Assembly (NCBI GenBank): GCA_964504985.1
Contig: CAZDFU010000001.1
Coordinates: 21,752 to 85,751, forward strand
DNA from: an uncultured Gammaproteobacteria bacterium
GTDB taxonomy: Bacteria > Patescibacteriota > Microgenomatia > Daviesbacterales > UBA10151
Length of the DNA: 64,000 nucleotides
Direction: 5' to 3'
The translations under genes and the position numbers were made by a program. The notes below the pieces were generated by a model. That model worked only from the letters and a program-made list of their open reading frames with translations. It was not told where the DNA came from and made no database searches. Of the stretch, positions 35,601 through 49,277 are shown piece after piece. Numbering within the stretch: position 1 is the first letter of the stretch; every line of letters begins with the position of its first letter.

Positions 35601-36779
35601 ATGAGCAAGTTGAGAGTAGGTTGGTTTTTTGGTGGCAGGTCTACAGAACATGAAGTTTCTGTGATAACAGCCCTTCAGGCATACGGGAATCTAAATAAAG
35701 AAAAGTATGAAGTAATTCCTATATATATTAGTAAGCAGGGTGATTTTTATACCAACTCTAAATTTTTAGAACTTAAGAATTACAAAGATATTGATTTTCT
35801 GGTTTTATCCTCAACCAAAATTACCATGGGAAGAAAAGATGGAAAAGGTGGATTTTTCACACAAGGTTTTTTGGGAGGGTTTACTCCCCTGGATTTAGCT
35901 TTCCCTCTTTTTCATGGATCATTTGGGGAAGATGGCTCTTTTCAAGGTCTTATGGAAATGTGTCAAATTCCCTATTCAGGATTTAATGTTTTGGGAGGGG
36001 TAGTTTCCATGGATAAAGAAATTTCCAAAGCCTTCTTTCAATCTTTAGGATTTTTAACAGCAAAAGGAGTCAGTGTACAAAGAAATGATTGGAACCAAAA
36101 TTCTAAAAAAATATTAAAAGATATAACTTCCCAAATAAAATTTCCTGTATTTGTAAAACCTGCTGATATTGGTTCAACAATTGGAGTAAATAAAGCAAAT
36201 GACCTGCAACAGTTAGATTTTAATATAGAGGTAGCTTTTACATATTCAGATAAGGTGATTATTGAAGAGAGCTTAGAAGGATTAATGGAAGTTAATTGTG
36301 CAGCTTTGGGGTACAAAGAAGTGATTGCCTCAGTTTGTGAAATGCCTGTTAGATCTGGGGATAGTTTGTCATATGCGGATAAATATATGAAAGGCAGTAA
36401 GGGTTCAAAGGGAAGTAAGGGTGCTGGAATGGCTTCATTAACAAGACAAATCCCTGCTCCAATTTCTCAAAGTTTAACTAAAAAAATTCAGGATGCAACA
36501 GTTAAAATTTTTAAGGCCATGGAGGGTTGCGGGATTGCCAGAATTGATTATTTTGTAGATCGTAAAAAAGAAACTTTTTATGTTAATGAAGTGAATTCTC
36601 CTCCAGGGTCCTTGGCTTTTTATCTTTTTGATGTATTAGAAGTGGGAATAAAATATCCTGTTCTTTTGGATAGGATTATTGAAGATGGTTTGAAGCGTTT
36701 TGAAGATCAAAAAAAGACCCAATTTACTTTTAATTCACCCCTTCTTTCTCAACTGGCTCAAAAAGGTTCGCCTCGCTGA
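35601..36779 (+). CDS. ddl: D-alanine--D-alanine ligase
   Basis: GGRSTEHEVS, HGSFGEDG, FVKP...GSTIG, ARIDY, NEVNSPPGS. Confidence 0.93.
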   Translation: MSKLRVGWFFGGRSTEHEVSVITALQAYGNLNKEKYEVIPIYISKQGDFYTNSKFLELKNYKDIDFLVLSSTKITMGRKDGKGGFFTQGFLGGFTPLDLAFPLFHGSFGEDGSFQGLMEMCQIPYSGFNVLGGVVSMDKEISKAFFQSLGFLTAKGVSVQRNDWNQNSKKILKDITSQIKFPVFVKPADIGSTIGVNKANDLQQLDFNIEVAFTYSDKVIIEESLEGLMEVNCAALGYKEVIASVCEMPVRSGDSLSYADKYMKGSKGSKGSKGAGMASLTRQIPAPISQSLTKKIQDATVKIFKAMEGCGIARIDYFVDRKKETFYVNEVNSPPGSLAFYLFDVLEVGIKYPVLLDRIIEDGLKRFEDQKKTQFTFNSPLLSQLAQKGSPR

Positions 36780-36826
36780 AGTTTCGGCGAGCGGGTGAAG
36801 CTACGCCAAAGGCGGGCGAAGCGGGC
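36769..36826. repeat. GC-rich palindromic cluster between convergent ddl and murF
   Basis: CGCCTCGCTGAAGTTTCGGCGAGCG hairpin plus GAAGCTACGCC and GGCGGGCGAAGCGGGC; strongly GC-shifted against its flanks. Confidence 0.6.
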
Positions 36827-36831
36827 AATCT

Positions 36832-38268
36832 CTAATTATACTGATCCGGCAAGTCACCTTCTAAAAGTACGGTAACTTTTCCGTCTGTTCTAGCCAGTCT
36901 TTGGATATATTCTCCAGCAAGTTGTTCAGCTAGGGATATTCCCTCTTTTGTGGAGTTTGCAAAATAAACCCTGTCTTCTGATGTCACCATTTTTATCCCT
37001 GTGACTAAATCAGCTTTATTTTCTTCCCCCACTATAATAACCTCATCTGCAACAGTGGCAATTTCTTTTCCCAGCTTTTTATTTGCCCCAGCTGCCTCTT
37101 TTCCTAACTCCACAAATCCCGGGGTAATTATTATTTTTCGATAGTCTTTAAATTGTGAAAGCAATTTCAAAGAGCCTTCTGTTGATTTTGGATTTATATT
37201 GTAGGAATTATCAATCAAAGTAATTTGCCCCATTTTTTTAATTTCCAACCTGTGTGGAGTTGGCAGTAAAAGCTTTGCTCTTTCTTTAATTTCTTCTAAA
37301 GTTAAGCCAACCTCTATTGCAGCAATTGAGGCAGCTAAAAAATTAACAGCATGATGCTCTCCAATTAAAGGGATCTGAATGTCTGCTTTCCCCTTAGGGG
37401 TAATGAGTGTAAAAGCAGTTCCTTGTATTGTTGTTTTAATATTACTTATTCTGTATTGATCATCATCCCTTCCATAAAAATCCGTGCGGATACCTTCGAG
37501 GTTCACGCACAGATTGGTTAACATTTTATAGTTTCCGTTTAATAGAATAACTCCTTCACTTTTTACATTCTCTGCCAGTTCAAATTTGGCTCTGGCAATA
37601 TTTTCCAAAGAGCCAAATTTTTCCAGATGTTGTGGGGCTACTGCAGTGATTATCCCAATACTTGGTTTGATAAGTTTGGTAATTTTGGCAATCTCTCCTT
37701 TTTTATAAGCTCCAACTTCACAAATAAAAACATCAGTATTTTCTTTAACAAGTTCTAAAACAGTTTGAGTAATCCCTAAAGGAGTATTAAAACTTTTTGG
37801 GGTTTTTACAACGAAGTATTTCTTAAATAAAAGTGTATGTAAAATATCTTTGGTGGAAGTTTTCCCAAAAGAACCTGTGATAGCTATAACCTTTAAGTTA
37901 GAAAGCTTTTCTAATTTTTCTTTTGCTGCTGAGATAATTTTTCTTTTTTGATAATACTCAATTGGCCAGATTAAAATTTGAGAAGCAATTAAAAAAAGTG
38001 GAGAAAAAAATGCTTTTAATGGTAAGAAAAAAATAACTGTCCATACATTATTAAAAAAATAAAGTGAGTTAAATAGACTATCAATTATTATTAAAGAAAA
38101 AGAAACTAAAAATAAAAATTTTGCTTTTGATGTCCAAGTAAGTTTGTGCTTTTTTTGCAAGTTTCTTTTGAAAGGATTTTTTAAAAACCACTTCAAAAAA
38201 TCAAACCAGTTATATTCCAAAACCTGGAATATGTATAAGTGATCAATTAATGGGAATATTTTAAACAT
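36832..38268 (-). CDS. murF: UDP-MurNAc-tripeptide--D-Ala-D-Ala ligase with N-terminal TM extension
   Basis: AITGSFGKTSTK, SFNTPLG, EVGAY, QHLEKFGS, HRLE, DNSYN, PGFVELG. Confidence 0.9.
   Translation of the reverse strand: MFKIFPLIDHLYIFQVLEYNWFDFLKWFLKNPFKRNLQKKHKLTWTSKAKFLFLVSFSLIIIDSLFNSLYFFNNVWTVIFFLPLKAFFSPLFLIASQILIWPIEYYQKRKIISAAKEKLEKLSNLKVIAITGSFGKTSTKDILHTLLFKKYFVVKTPKSFNTPLGITQTVLELVKENTDVFICEVGAYKKGEIAKITKLIKPSIGIITAVAPQHLEKFGSLENIARAKFELAENVKSEGVILLNGNYKMLTNLCVNLEGIRTDFYGRDDDQYRISNIKTTIQGTAFTLITPKGKADIQIPLIGEHHAVNFLAASIAAIEVGLTLEEIKERAKLLLPTPHRLEIKKMGQITLIDNSYNINPKSTEGSLKLLSQFKDYRKIIITPGFVELGKEAAGANKKLGKEIATVADEVIIVGEENKADLVTGIKMVTSEDRVYFANSTKEGISLAEQLAGEYIQRLARTDGKVTVLLEGDLPDQYN
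37483..37512. repeat. ACCT-N3-AGGT palindrome in frame inside murF
   Basis: CGTGCGGATACCTTCGAGGTTCACGCACAG, encoding LCVNLEGIRT. Confidence 0.75.
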
Positions 38269-39004
38269 AATCTTCAACATAGGTTATAAATAATTTGGGG
38301 TTATGGGTATGCAAAAAATGCCCCATTCCCTCTACTATCACAATCTTAGAATTTTTTATTTTCTGATACATCCTTATCCCGTATTTTAATGGTACAGCCC
38401 TGTCTTCTTCTCCCCAAATAATCAATGTTTCATTTTTTATTTTTTCTAAATCAGATGATAAATCCTCTTTTAAAGTTTTTACTAAAGCGTCTTTCATTAC
38501 ACCTGCATCATAATAATCTGACTCGAGTCTTATGTAAAACTTTTTCCTGATAAGGGATTTAAGATTAAAAACATCCGGTACTAAAAAATGTCCAATTCTT
38601 GCCAGTGAATAAATGATTGACCTTTTTAAATTCATATCTGTTTTCATACCTGATGCTCCTGCAATAACTAACTTATCAATTAGGTCTCCATTTTCAGCTG
38701 CCAGTCTTAACGAAACTTTCCCTCCAAAAGAATGTCCTAAAAGTGAGGGTTTTTTGATTCTCATTTTATTAATAAATTTTTCAATAATTTTGGCATAGTT
38801 ATTTGAATTAAATACTTGTTTTGGAACATCACTTCTGCCAAAGCCGGGCAGATCAATTAACCAAAGCGTGTAATTTTGCGATAAAGATTCTATTAAGCCC
38901 CAAAATGTTGAAACATCCTGTCCCCAGCCATGAAGCATTATTAAGTCAGGTCCTTTACCAACTTTTTGGTAATAAATATTTAAACCATTAATAGCCGTGT
39001 ACAT
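38261..39004 (-). CDS. Alpha/beta hydrolase
   Basis: LHGWG, DLPGFG, GHSFGG nucleophile elbow, WGEED, GH. Confidence 0.92.
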   Translation of the reverse strand: MYTAINGLNIYYQKVGKGPDLIMLHGWGQDVSTFWGLIESLSQNYTLWLIDLPGFGRSDVPKQVFNSNNYAKIIEKFINKMRIKKPSLLGHSFGGKVSLRLAAENGDLIDKLVIAGASGMKTDMNLKRSIIYSLARIGHFLVPDVFNLKSLIRKKFYIRLESDYYDAGVMKDALVKTLKEDLSSDLEKIKNETLIIWGEEDRAVPLKYGIRMYQKIKNSKIVIVEGMGHFLHTHNPKLFITYVEDYV

Positions 39005-40122
39005 TAGATGATTACCCTTTTTATTGATGATGCTAAATTGACTAAAATTTCATAAGGAATTTTTCCACAAAGTTTGGCTGTATTTATAATAGAATTTTTA
39101 TCTTTTGGATTACCTGAATAAATTATTACCTCCTGACCCACTTTTGGATTTTTTATATTAGTTAAATCAATTGCACAAATATTCATACTAATTCTGCCGA
39201 CATATTTACAGTATTTATCATTAACCTGAACAAAGCCTATATTTGATAAATTCCTATCAACTCCATCATAGTAACCAATTGGCAAGATTCCAAGAGTCAT
39301 TTGTTTTTCGGCTCTAAATATTCCGTTATACCCTACTCTATCCTGGGTATTTATTTTCTTAATCTGAATGATTTTGCTTTTTAATGAGAGAACGGGTTTT
39401 AATTTATGTTTTTTAGAAATGCCATACAGAGCAATACCTGTCCTTGCTAAATTTACGTTTACACCTTTAAGGTGTAAAGCTAAACCATCTGAGTTTTGCA
39501 GGTGGATCCATTTAGGATTAAAACCACTTTTTCTTATTATCTCCAATGCTTTTTTAAAGTTTTTAATTTGCATTTTATTTAAAGGATCTTTTTTATCATC
39601 AGATGAAGCAAAGTGTGACATTAAACCATCAATTGTTAAATTTTTAAATTGTTTTAATGCTTTCAGCAGTTCAGGTAAATCTTCTAATTTTACCCCTTCC
39701 CTATTCATGCCAGTATCTACAAAAATATGTACCTTACATCCTGGTTGGTATTTATTCAAAACCTGAGTAGTTTCTAAATCAAATAAAGCATACGAAAACG
39801 GGAGTTGTTTTACTTTTAAATTTCCAGGATCTGTATAGCCCATTATTAAAATAGGGGTTTTTATTCCTAATTTTAAAAGCTCATATGCCTCATACAATGA
39901 ATCAACACAAAAATATGGGGCATTAACTGGATCCAAGATTTTGGCAACAATATTTATCCCATGTCCATAAGCATTGCTTTTTAGAACTAGCGCTACTCTC
40001 ACCTTTTTATCAATCAAGGATAGGTATCTATAATTTGAGAGCAGATTATTTTTTGAAATCTCTATCAAATTTAAAACCCGATAATCTCTTTTAAATTTTC
40101 CTAGTAAATTATTAATCATCAA
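39004..40122 (-). CDS. alr: Alanine racemase
   Basis: VLKSNAYGHG, DTGMNREG, MSHF, GYYDG, GRISMN, IPYE. Confidence 0.96.
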   Translation of the reverse strand: MMINNLLGKFKRDYRVLNLIEISKNNLLSNYRYLSLIDKKVRVALVLKSNAYGHGINIVAKILDPVNAPYFCVDSLYEAYELLKLGIKTPILIMGYTDPGNLKVKQLPFSYALFDLETTQVLNKYQPGCKVHIFVDTGMNREGVKLEDLPELLKALKQFKNLTIDGLMSHFASSDDKKDPLNKMQIKNFKKALEIIRKSGFNPKWIHLQNSDGLALHLKGVNVNLARTGIALYGISKKHKLKPVLSLKSKIIQIKKINTQDRVGYNGIFRAEKQMTLGILPIGYYDGVDRNLSNIGFVQVNDKYCKYVGRISMNICAIDLTNIKNPKVGQEVIIYSGNPKDKNSIINTAKLCGKIPYEILVNLASSIKRVII

Positions 40123-40219
40123 ACGGCAGATTAATAATTATACTGCAATGAAATATTTATTTCCTTTATCCAATATATTGTGGATTGACTAAAGTTTATG
40201 TCTGATTTATTGTGGTAAT

Positions 40220-40747
40220 ATGAATTTCAAACTACTTGCATTTATCTTAATACTGCTTGGAATATTTTCCAGAATCATTCCTCATGCTCCAAATATTGCT
40301 GCAATCACTGCCCTAATGATTTTTAGCGGTAGCAACTTACCAAAAAGATTTTTATGGGTGTCTTTTGCAGCTCTTTTCATCAGTGATTATTTCATTGGAT
40401 TCTATGGAACTGATATGCTTTGGGTGTATGGAAGTTATGCCTTAATTGGCCTTTTAGGATTTTGGCTAAGGAGTCACAAAAAACCTACCAATGTTTTATT
40501 TACAGCTTTTAGCTCATCTGTTTTATTTTTCCTGATTACTAATTTTGGTGTCTGGGCCCCGCCAAATAATTGGTATCCTCATACTCTTGAAGGTTTAATT
40601 CAAAGCTATGCATTAGCACTTCCCTTTTTCAGAAATAGCTTAATTTCTGATATAGCTTACACAGTGATTTTATTTGGGGGTTATGAATTGATTAAAAGAT
40701 TTTCTAAGAATTACCTGCCCCAAAAACTTTTTCAACTGCTGTATTAA
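40220..40747 (+). CDS. Putative transporter substrate-binding membrane protein (DUF6580 / ECF S-component-like)
   Basis: RIIPHAPN, SSVLFFLITNFGVW, YPHTLEGL, ALPFFRNS. Confidence 0.8.
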   Translation: MNFKLLAFILILLGIFSRIIPHAPNIAAITALMIFSGSNLPKRFLWVSFAALFISDYFIGFYGTDMLWVYGSYALIGLLGFWLRSHKKPTNVLFTAFSSSVLFFLITNFGVWAPPNNWYPHTLEGLIQSYALALPFFRNSLISDIAYTVILFGGYELIKRFSKNYLPQKLFQLLY

Positions 40748-42056
40748 ATTTTCTTCCCCTATCAAATTCATTCTGGAAAAGATTAAATGAGGTTGCTCCC
40801 GGAGAAAAAAGAATTATGTCCCCAGGTTCTGCTATTTTTTTTATGTCATTTAATAATTCATCCAAATTATTATATTGGCCTTTTCCTTTAACAATAAAAG
40901 GTTTTCTTAAATATTTTTTCAATTCATCTGTGGCATCACCTTCTATTAGAAATAACGCTTTAGCAGGATTATAAGTTTCAATTTCAGCTGCTAATTTATG
41001 ATATTCCATTCCTTTATTCATTCCTCCTGCAATTAAAATAACATTGGGATTTCCTAAAGAAGCAAGGGCATGAATAGTAGCAATAGGATTGGTAGAAGTA
41101 GAGTCATTAATGATCTTAATTCTCCTATATTCCCCTATCTCTTCCATTCTAAAAGGTTGACCCCTAAAATTTTGAAAAGCTTGAAGAATTATATTCTTAT
41201 CAATTCCTATAGTTTCACAAACACTTTCTGCTGCCGCATAATTTTCTAAATTGGCAGAACCCTTTAAGGGAAAATCTATATTTCTATTATCTTCTGAAAA
41301 ATCCTCCTCACAAAAAAATGATATTTGAGATTTGATTCCTTTTAAAAAGTCATCTCTATTTAAAATTTTATTACATGAAATAAATAAAAAATCATCTGCT
41401 GTTTGACCTTTTGCAACAATTTTTTTTGCTTCAATATATTCTTCCATTGATGAGTGCCAATTTAGGTGATCTGGATAAATATTAGTGATCAGTGCTATAT
41501 GAGGAGAAAAATTTTTGTACTTTAAACAATGTAGCTGAAAAGAGGAAATTTCTACAACAATCCATGGATCATTTTTTAAAAAAGGAATAACTTCCAAAAT
41601 ACTTTTACCAATATTTCCTGCAAAAATAACTTCTTTACCTGAAAGCTTCATTACTTCATAAATTAAAGAAGCAGTTGTTGATTTGCCTTTGGTTCCTGTA
41701 ACAGCAATAATTTTCTTCTGATTTGCAATTTGTAGAAAAATGGATAAATCTGTTTCTACTTGTTTTCCTATTTCCTGGGCACATTGAAGATAAGGATTAT
41801 TATCTCTTATTGCTGGGTTTCTGATAATAATATCTGCCCAGATAATATCTTCATTTTTATGTTCTCCCAGGGTATATTCAATATCAGGAAAATCTTTAAG
41901 TTGACTTAGTGAGTCTTTTAAGATCTCTTTAGATTTTAAATCAGTAACTTTAACTTTGGCTCCAAGTGAGGCAAAAAACCTAGCAGTACCTACACCGCCC
42001 TGATTCAAGCCCAAACCAAGTATTAATATTTTTTTGTCCTTGTAGATATTTTCCAT
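40704..42056 (-). CDS. murD: UDP-MurNAc-L-Ala--D-glutamate ligase
   Basis: AVTGTKGKSTT, GNIG, EISSFQL, PDHLNWH, NDSTST, FSPGATSF..F.NEFDRG. Confidence 0.95.
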   Translation of the reverse strand: MENIYKDKKILILGLGLNQGGVGTARFFASLGAKVKVTDLKSKEILKDSLSQLKDFPDIEYTLGEHKNEDIIWADIIIRNPAIRDNNPYLQCAQEIGKQVETDLSIFLQIANQKKIIAVTGTKGKSTTASLIYEVMKLSGKEVIFAGNIGKSILEVIPFLKNDPWIVVEISSFQLHCLKYKNFSPHIALITNIYPDHLNWHSSMEEYIEAKKIVAKGQTADDFLFISCNKILNRDDFLKGIKSQISFFCEEDFSEDNRNIDFPLKGSANLENYAAAESVCETIGIDKNIILQAFQNFRGQPFRMEEIGEYRRIKIINDSTSTNPIATIHALASLGNPNVILIAGGMNKGMEYHKLAAEIETYNPAKALFLIEGDATDELKKYLRKPFIVKGKGQYNNLDELLNDIKKIAEPGDIILFSPGATSFNLFQNEFDRGRKFNTAVEKVFGAGNS

Positions 42057-42086
42057 TTAAAGCTATTTTTGGTATTATATCGCTCT

Positions 42087-42878
42087 ATGAACAGTAATCC
42101 AATTGGAGTTTTTGATTCAGGCATTGGCGGATTAACAGTTGTCAAAGAAATTATCCAACAGTTACCAAATGAAAATATTATTTATATAGGTGATACAGCC
42201 AGAGTTCCTTATGGCACTAGAGGCAAAGAAGTCATAGAAAAGTTCGCTTTGGAACTTGTTAACTTTCTTTTAAAAAAGAATGTCAAAGTTTTAATTGTTG
42301 CCTGTAATACCATCTCAGCTACTTGTTTAGATGAAATCAAAAAGATATCACCTGTTGCTGTAATAGGTGTTATTAATCCTGCCATAAATTCTGCAATTAA
42401 GACTACAAAAAATAACAGGATTGGTGTAATTGGTACAACTGCAACAATAAGCAGTAAAATTTATGAGAAGGGTTTAGGTAAAGAGATTAAAGTTACATCT
42501 AAAGCCTGTCCTTTATTTGTTCCTTTAACTGAAGAAGGTTTAAAAAATCATCCTGCAGCTAAATTAATAGCTAAAGATTATTTGAAAAAAATTTCTAAAT
42601 CTTCAATAGATACTCTTATACTAGGATGTACCCACTACCCAATTTTAAAAGAAGTTATCCAAAATGTTGTAGGTAAAAAAGTGAAATTAGTTGATTCTGC
42701 CAAGCCAACTGCAAAAGAATTAAAAGCCCTCTTAGAAGAAAAAGGATTGAGGAATGGTAAAAAAAACCCTAAGTATGATTTTTATGTGACTGATATAACT
42801 AACAGGACTCAGGAGATTGCGGAAAAGTTTTTTGGTAATAATTTTTCAATAAAATTAATTAAAACTCTCTTAACTTGA
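42087..42878 (+). CDS. murI: Glutamate racemase
   Basis: FDSGIGGLTV, PYG, ACNT, LGCTHYP. Confidence 0.97.
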   Translation: MNSNPIGVFDSGIGGLTVVKEIIQQLPNENIIYIGDTARVPYGTRGKEVIEKFALELVNFLLKKNVKVLIVACNTISATCLDEIKKISPVAVIGVINPAINSAIKTTKNNRIGVIGTTATISSKIYEKGLGKEIKVTSKACPLFVPLTEEGLKNHPAAKLIAKDYLKKISKSSIDTLILGCTHYPILKEVIQNVVGKKVKLVDSAKPTAKELKALLEEKGLRNGKKNPKYDFYVTDITNRTQEIAEKFFGNNFSIKLIKTLLT

Positions 42879-44189
42879 CACTAATTCTTTAGCTAATTTG
42901 TCAGTATCCCCAGCGCTCATGAAAAAAACAATATCCCCTTCCTTTATTTCTGGTCTTAATTTATCCAGGACTCCATTGGTAGAACCAATATATTTAACAA
43001 AGTCTTTATCTACTGATTCAACCAATTGTTTACTGGTAACAAGGTCAGTATCCAGCTCTCTTGATGGGTAAATATCCATGATAAATACTTTATCAGCAGG
43101 TAATTCTTTAAATACCTTAATAAAATCTTCAAATAGTGCTTTGGTTCTGGAAAACATATGGGGTTGATAGATCATTAATATCCTATTATTTGGAAATTTT
43201 TCCCTGGCTGCTTTGATAGTTTCTTTTATTTCAGTTGGATGATGGCCAAAATCAGAATAAACTTTTGCTCCATTATATTCCCCAATATACTCAAACCTTC
43301 TTCCTACTCCTGAATAATTTTGTAGGCTTTTTAAAATTGTTGCAGGTTTAATATTTAAAAGCAGCCCAACCTGAAAAGCAGCTAAGGCATTTGATTTATT
43401 AAAATCCCCGGGAATTTTTAAACTTAAATTAATTTCATTTTTAGAATAATCCACTGCGGGAGTTGGTATTTCTTTCATAACAACTTTTAAAACATCAGCA
43501 ACTTCTTTATTTTCTAAATTAGCAACAATTGTTCCTTTGGTTTGAAGAAGAAATTTTTTGAAACTCTCTTTATATGTTTCAAGATCTTTAAAATATTCCG
43601 GGTGGTCCATCTCAATATTTGTGACAATAGAGATATTTGGTTTTAATGATAAAAAATTGTCATTAAATTCATCTGCCTCAACAACAAAATACCCCTTATC
43701 GCTCAGGGTAAGTTTCCCTTTTCCATTTCTAAAATTTGCTTTCCATCTTGGGACAATTGCTCCAAGTAAAACAGTTGGGTCTAGATCAGCGTCTTCTAAT
43801 ACCTGGGCAATCATTGCTGTGGTTGTTGATTTGCCGTGAGTACCGCTGACTGCAATTACAAATTTATCTTTTGTTAAATATTTCCCTACAAATTGCTGCC
43901 AGGTCATGATTTGAATCCCACTCTTTTTAGCAGCAACAAGTTCTGGATTATCCGGATCGAGTGAAAATATGGCGGGAGTAACAGCCAAAATATCTACGCT
44001 GCAACCTTCGAGGTTGCAGCGTAGATGGTTTATATGATGGCCTTGAAAAAGTTGGGATTTTTTGAATGGTTTGGTGAATTCATTATCAATATCTAAATCA
44101 CAACCAGTTATTTCATATCCTTGGGCCTGGGCAATAACAGCAGCAGCAGATGTCCCTGACCCACCTATTCCCAAAAAATGTACCTTCAT
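42870..44189 (-). CDS. murC: UDP-MurNAc--L-alanine ligase
   Basis: HFLGIGGSG, SGTHGKSTTT, EADE, DH, GVGRRFE, DFGHHPTE, QPH; start moved to ATG 44189. Confidence 0.95.
   Translation of the reverse strand: MKVHFLGIGGSGTSAAAVIAQAQGYEITGCDLDIDNEFTKPFKKSQLFQGHHINHLRCNLEGCSVDILAVTPAIFSLDPDNPELVAAKKSGIQIMTWQQFVGKYLTKDKFVIAVSGTHGKSTTTAMIAQVLEDADLDPTVLLGAIVPRWKANFRNGKGKLTLSDKGYFVVEADEFNDNFLSLKPNISIVTNIEMDHPEYFKDLETYKESFKKFLLQTKGTIVANLENKEVADVLKVVMKEIPTPAVDYSKNEINLSLKIPGDFNKSNALAAFQVGLLLNIKPATILKSLQNYSGVGRRFEYIGEYNGAKVYSDFGHHPTEIKETIKAAREKFPNNRILMIYQPHMFSRTKALFEDFIKVFKELPADKVFIMDIYPSRELDTDLVTSKQLVESVDKDFVKYIGSTNGVLDKLRPEIKEGDIVFFMSAGDTDKLAKELVSS
43992..44026. repeat. Perfect 16-bp-arm palindrome in frame inside murC
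   Basis: ATCTACGCTGCAACCT-TCG-AGGTTGCAGCGTAGAT encoding HLRCNLEGCSVD. Confidence 0.9.
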
Positions 44190-44250
44190 GAAGTGATTAT
44201 ATATCAAGAGTGGCTAGTTTCGTCTCTAAAGGGACTAGTTAGCTAATATA

Positions 44251-47536
<3,286 letters not shown>

Positions 47537-47561
47537 AGCCGAATTTTAACATAATGATTAT

Positions 47562-49274
47562 ATGCCAAGTCCTGCTGCCCAAGCACAAGGAAATACCATT
47601 GAAGAAATCCTTTTTAAACAGGGATTGTTAACCTCAGACCAGCTGTCTGCTGTAAAACTGGAAAGCATCAATTCAGGCCAGAGCATTGATAAAATAATCC
47701 TGCAGCATAACCTTGTTCCTTTGGATAAAATTACCCAGGCAAAAGCCCAGATTCTAAGTGTCCCTTTTATTAAACTGGAAGGAAAGGCAATTTCTGCTGA
47801 AGTTTTAAACCTTGTTCCTGAACCAGCTGCCAGACGTTATCAACTTATTCCTTTTGAAAAAACAAATGATGAACTTTGGGTGGCTATGGAAGATCCTTTA
47901 GACATTCAAATTATCCAGTTCGTAGAAAAACGCAGCGGAATGAGAGTCAAAGCGTTTTTGGCTTTGAAGGAAGATATCACTAAGGCTATTGGCGAGCAAT
48001 ATTCTCAAAATTTAACTTCAGATGTAACTTCTGCTTTAAAAGAAGTCCAGTCAGTCAGGCCTGAAGAACAGGTTGCCCATGAGACAGGGATTATTAGCGA
48101 TGCCCCTGTCTCCAATATTATTAACCAGCTGCTTGAGTATGCTATTAAAGTCCGCGCCTCAGATATTCATATTGAGCCTCAGGATGACAGAACCAGGGTC
48201 AGGTATAGGATTGACGGGATTTTACGGGAAAAAATCCTCTTGCCAAAAGGGGTGCATGATGCCCTGGTTTCCAGAATAAAAATATTATCTGTTTTAAAAA
48301 TAGATGAAAAAAGGCTGCCTCAGGATGGACGTTTTTCCTTTTCTTTTGGGCCAAATGAGGTTGACCTGCGTATTTCTACAGTTCCCACAGTATTTGGAGA
48401 AAAGGTGGTGATGAGGCTTTTGCCTAAATCAACTGCTGCCCCTACCCTTTTGGAACTGGGTTTAAGAGGTGTATCTTTTAAGGCATTGGAGAGCCAGCTT
48501 CTTAGGACTCATGGGATTATTTTAATTTGTGGTCCAACAGGTTCAGGTAAGACTACTACTCTTTATTCAATTTTGACTAAAATTTCTACCACTAAGGTAA
48601 ATGTGGTTACAATCGAAGATCCAGTGGAATACCAGATTTCAGGGGTAAACCAGGTTCAGGTTAATCCTCAAATTGGTTTGACTTTTGCTTCAGCTTTAAG
48701 AAGTTTTTTAAGGCAGGACCCTAATATTATCATGGTTGGTGAGGTTAGGGATACTGAGACTGCTGATTTGGCAATCCAAGCTGCTTTAACCGGCCACCAG
48801 GTTTTTTCTACAGTTCACACTAATTCATCTGCAGGTGCTCCCCCCAGGCTTTTGGATATGGGGGTTGAGCCATTTCTTTTGACATCTGCTTTAAATGCAG
48901 TTGTTGGGCAAAGAGTAGTTAGAAAGATCTGCCCTCATTGTAAGACAGAAATTAATGTTCCACAAGAAGTAACAGAAAGCATCAAGAAAATCCTGGGAAA
49001 ATTTGCCTTAAATCAAAACAGCGGGATAAAACTTTATAAAGGCAGGGGTTGCCAGTATTGTTCAAATACAGGCTACCTTGGAAGAATAGGGATATTCGAG
49101 GTTTTAGTACTTACAGATAAGATTGCCAAGCTGGTATTAGAACATGCTTCAGCCAACACTATTGAAGAAGAATCAGTGGCAGAGGGCATGATTACCATGA
49201 AACAGGATGGGTATTTAAAAGCGGTGGAAGGGGTAACAACATTAGAAGAAGTCCTGCGCGTAGCACAGGACTAA
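47562..49274 (+). CDS. pilB: Type IV pilus extension ATPase (PilB/GspE)
   Basis: ASDIHIEP, GPTGSGKTT, EDPVE, LRQDP, GHQVFSTVH, Cys4 motif. Confidence 0.95.
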   Translation: MPSPAAQAQGNTIEEILFKQGLLTSDQLSAVKLESINSGQSIDKIILQHNLVPLDKITQAKAQILSVPFIKLEGKAISAEVLNLVPEPAARRYQLIPFEKTNDELWVAMEDPLDIQIIQFVEKRSGMRVKAFLALKEDITKAIGEQYSQNLTSDVTSALKEVQSVRPEEQVAHETGIISDAPVSNIINQLLEYAIKVRASDIHIEPQDDRTRVRYRIDGILREKILLPKGVHDALVSRIKILSVLKIDEKRLPQDGRFSFSFGPNEVDLRISTVPTVFGEKVVMRLLPKSTAAPTLLELGLRGVSFKALESQLLRTHGIILICGPTGSGKTTTLYSILTKISTTKVNVVTIEDPVEYQISGVNQVQVNPQIGLTFASALRSFLRQDPNIIMVGEVRDTETADLAIQAALTGHQVFSTVHTNSSAGAPPRLLDMGVEPFLLTSALNAVVGQRVVRKICPHCKTEINVPQEVTESIKKILGKFALNQNSGIKLYKGRGCQYCSNTGYLGRIGIFEVLVLTDKIAKLVLEHASANTIEEESVAEGMITMKQDGYLKAVEGVTTLEEVLRVAQD

Positions 49275-49277
49275 ATT

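Noticed and set aside
40123-40219. Cobalamin or other riboswitch upstream of the transporter-like gene
   Set aside because: The spacer is under 100 bp, AT-rich, and lacks B12-box or other aptamer motifs.
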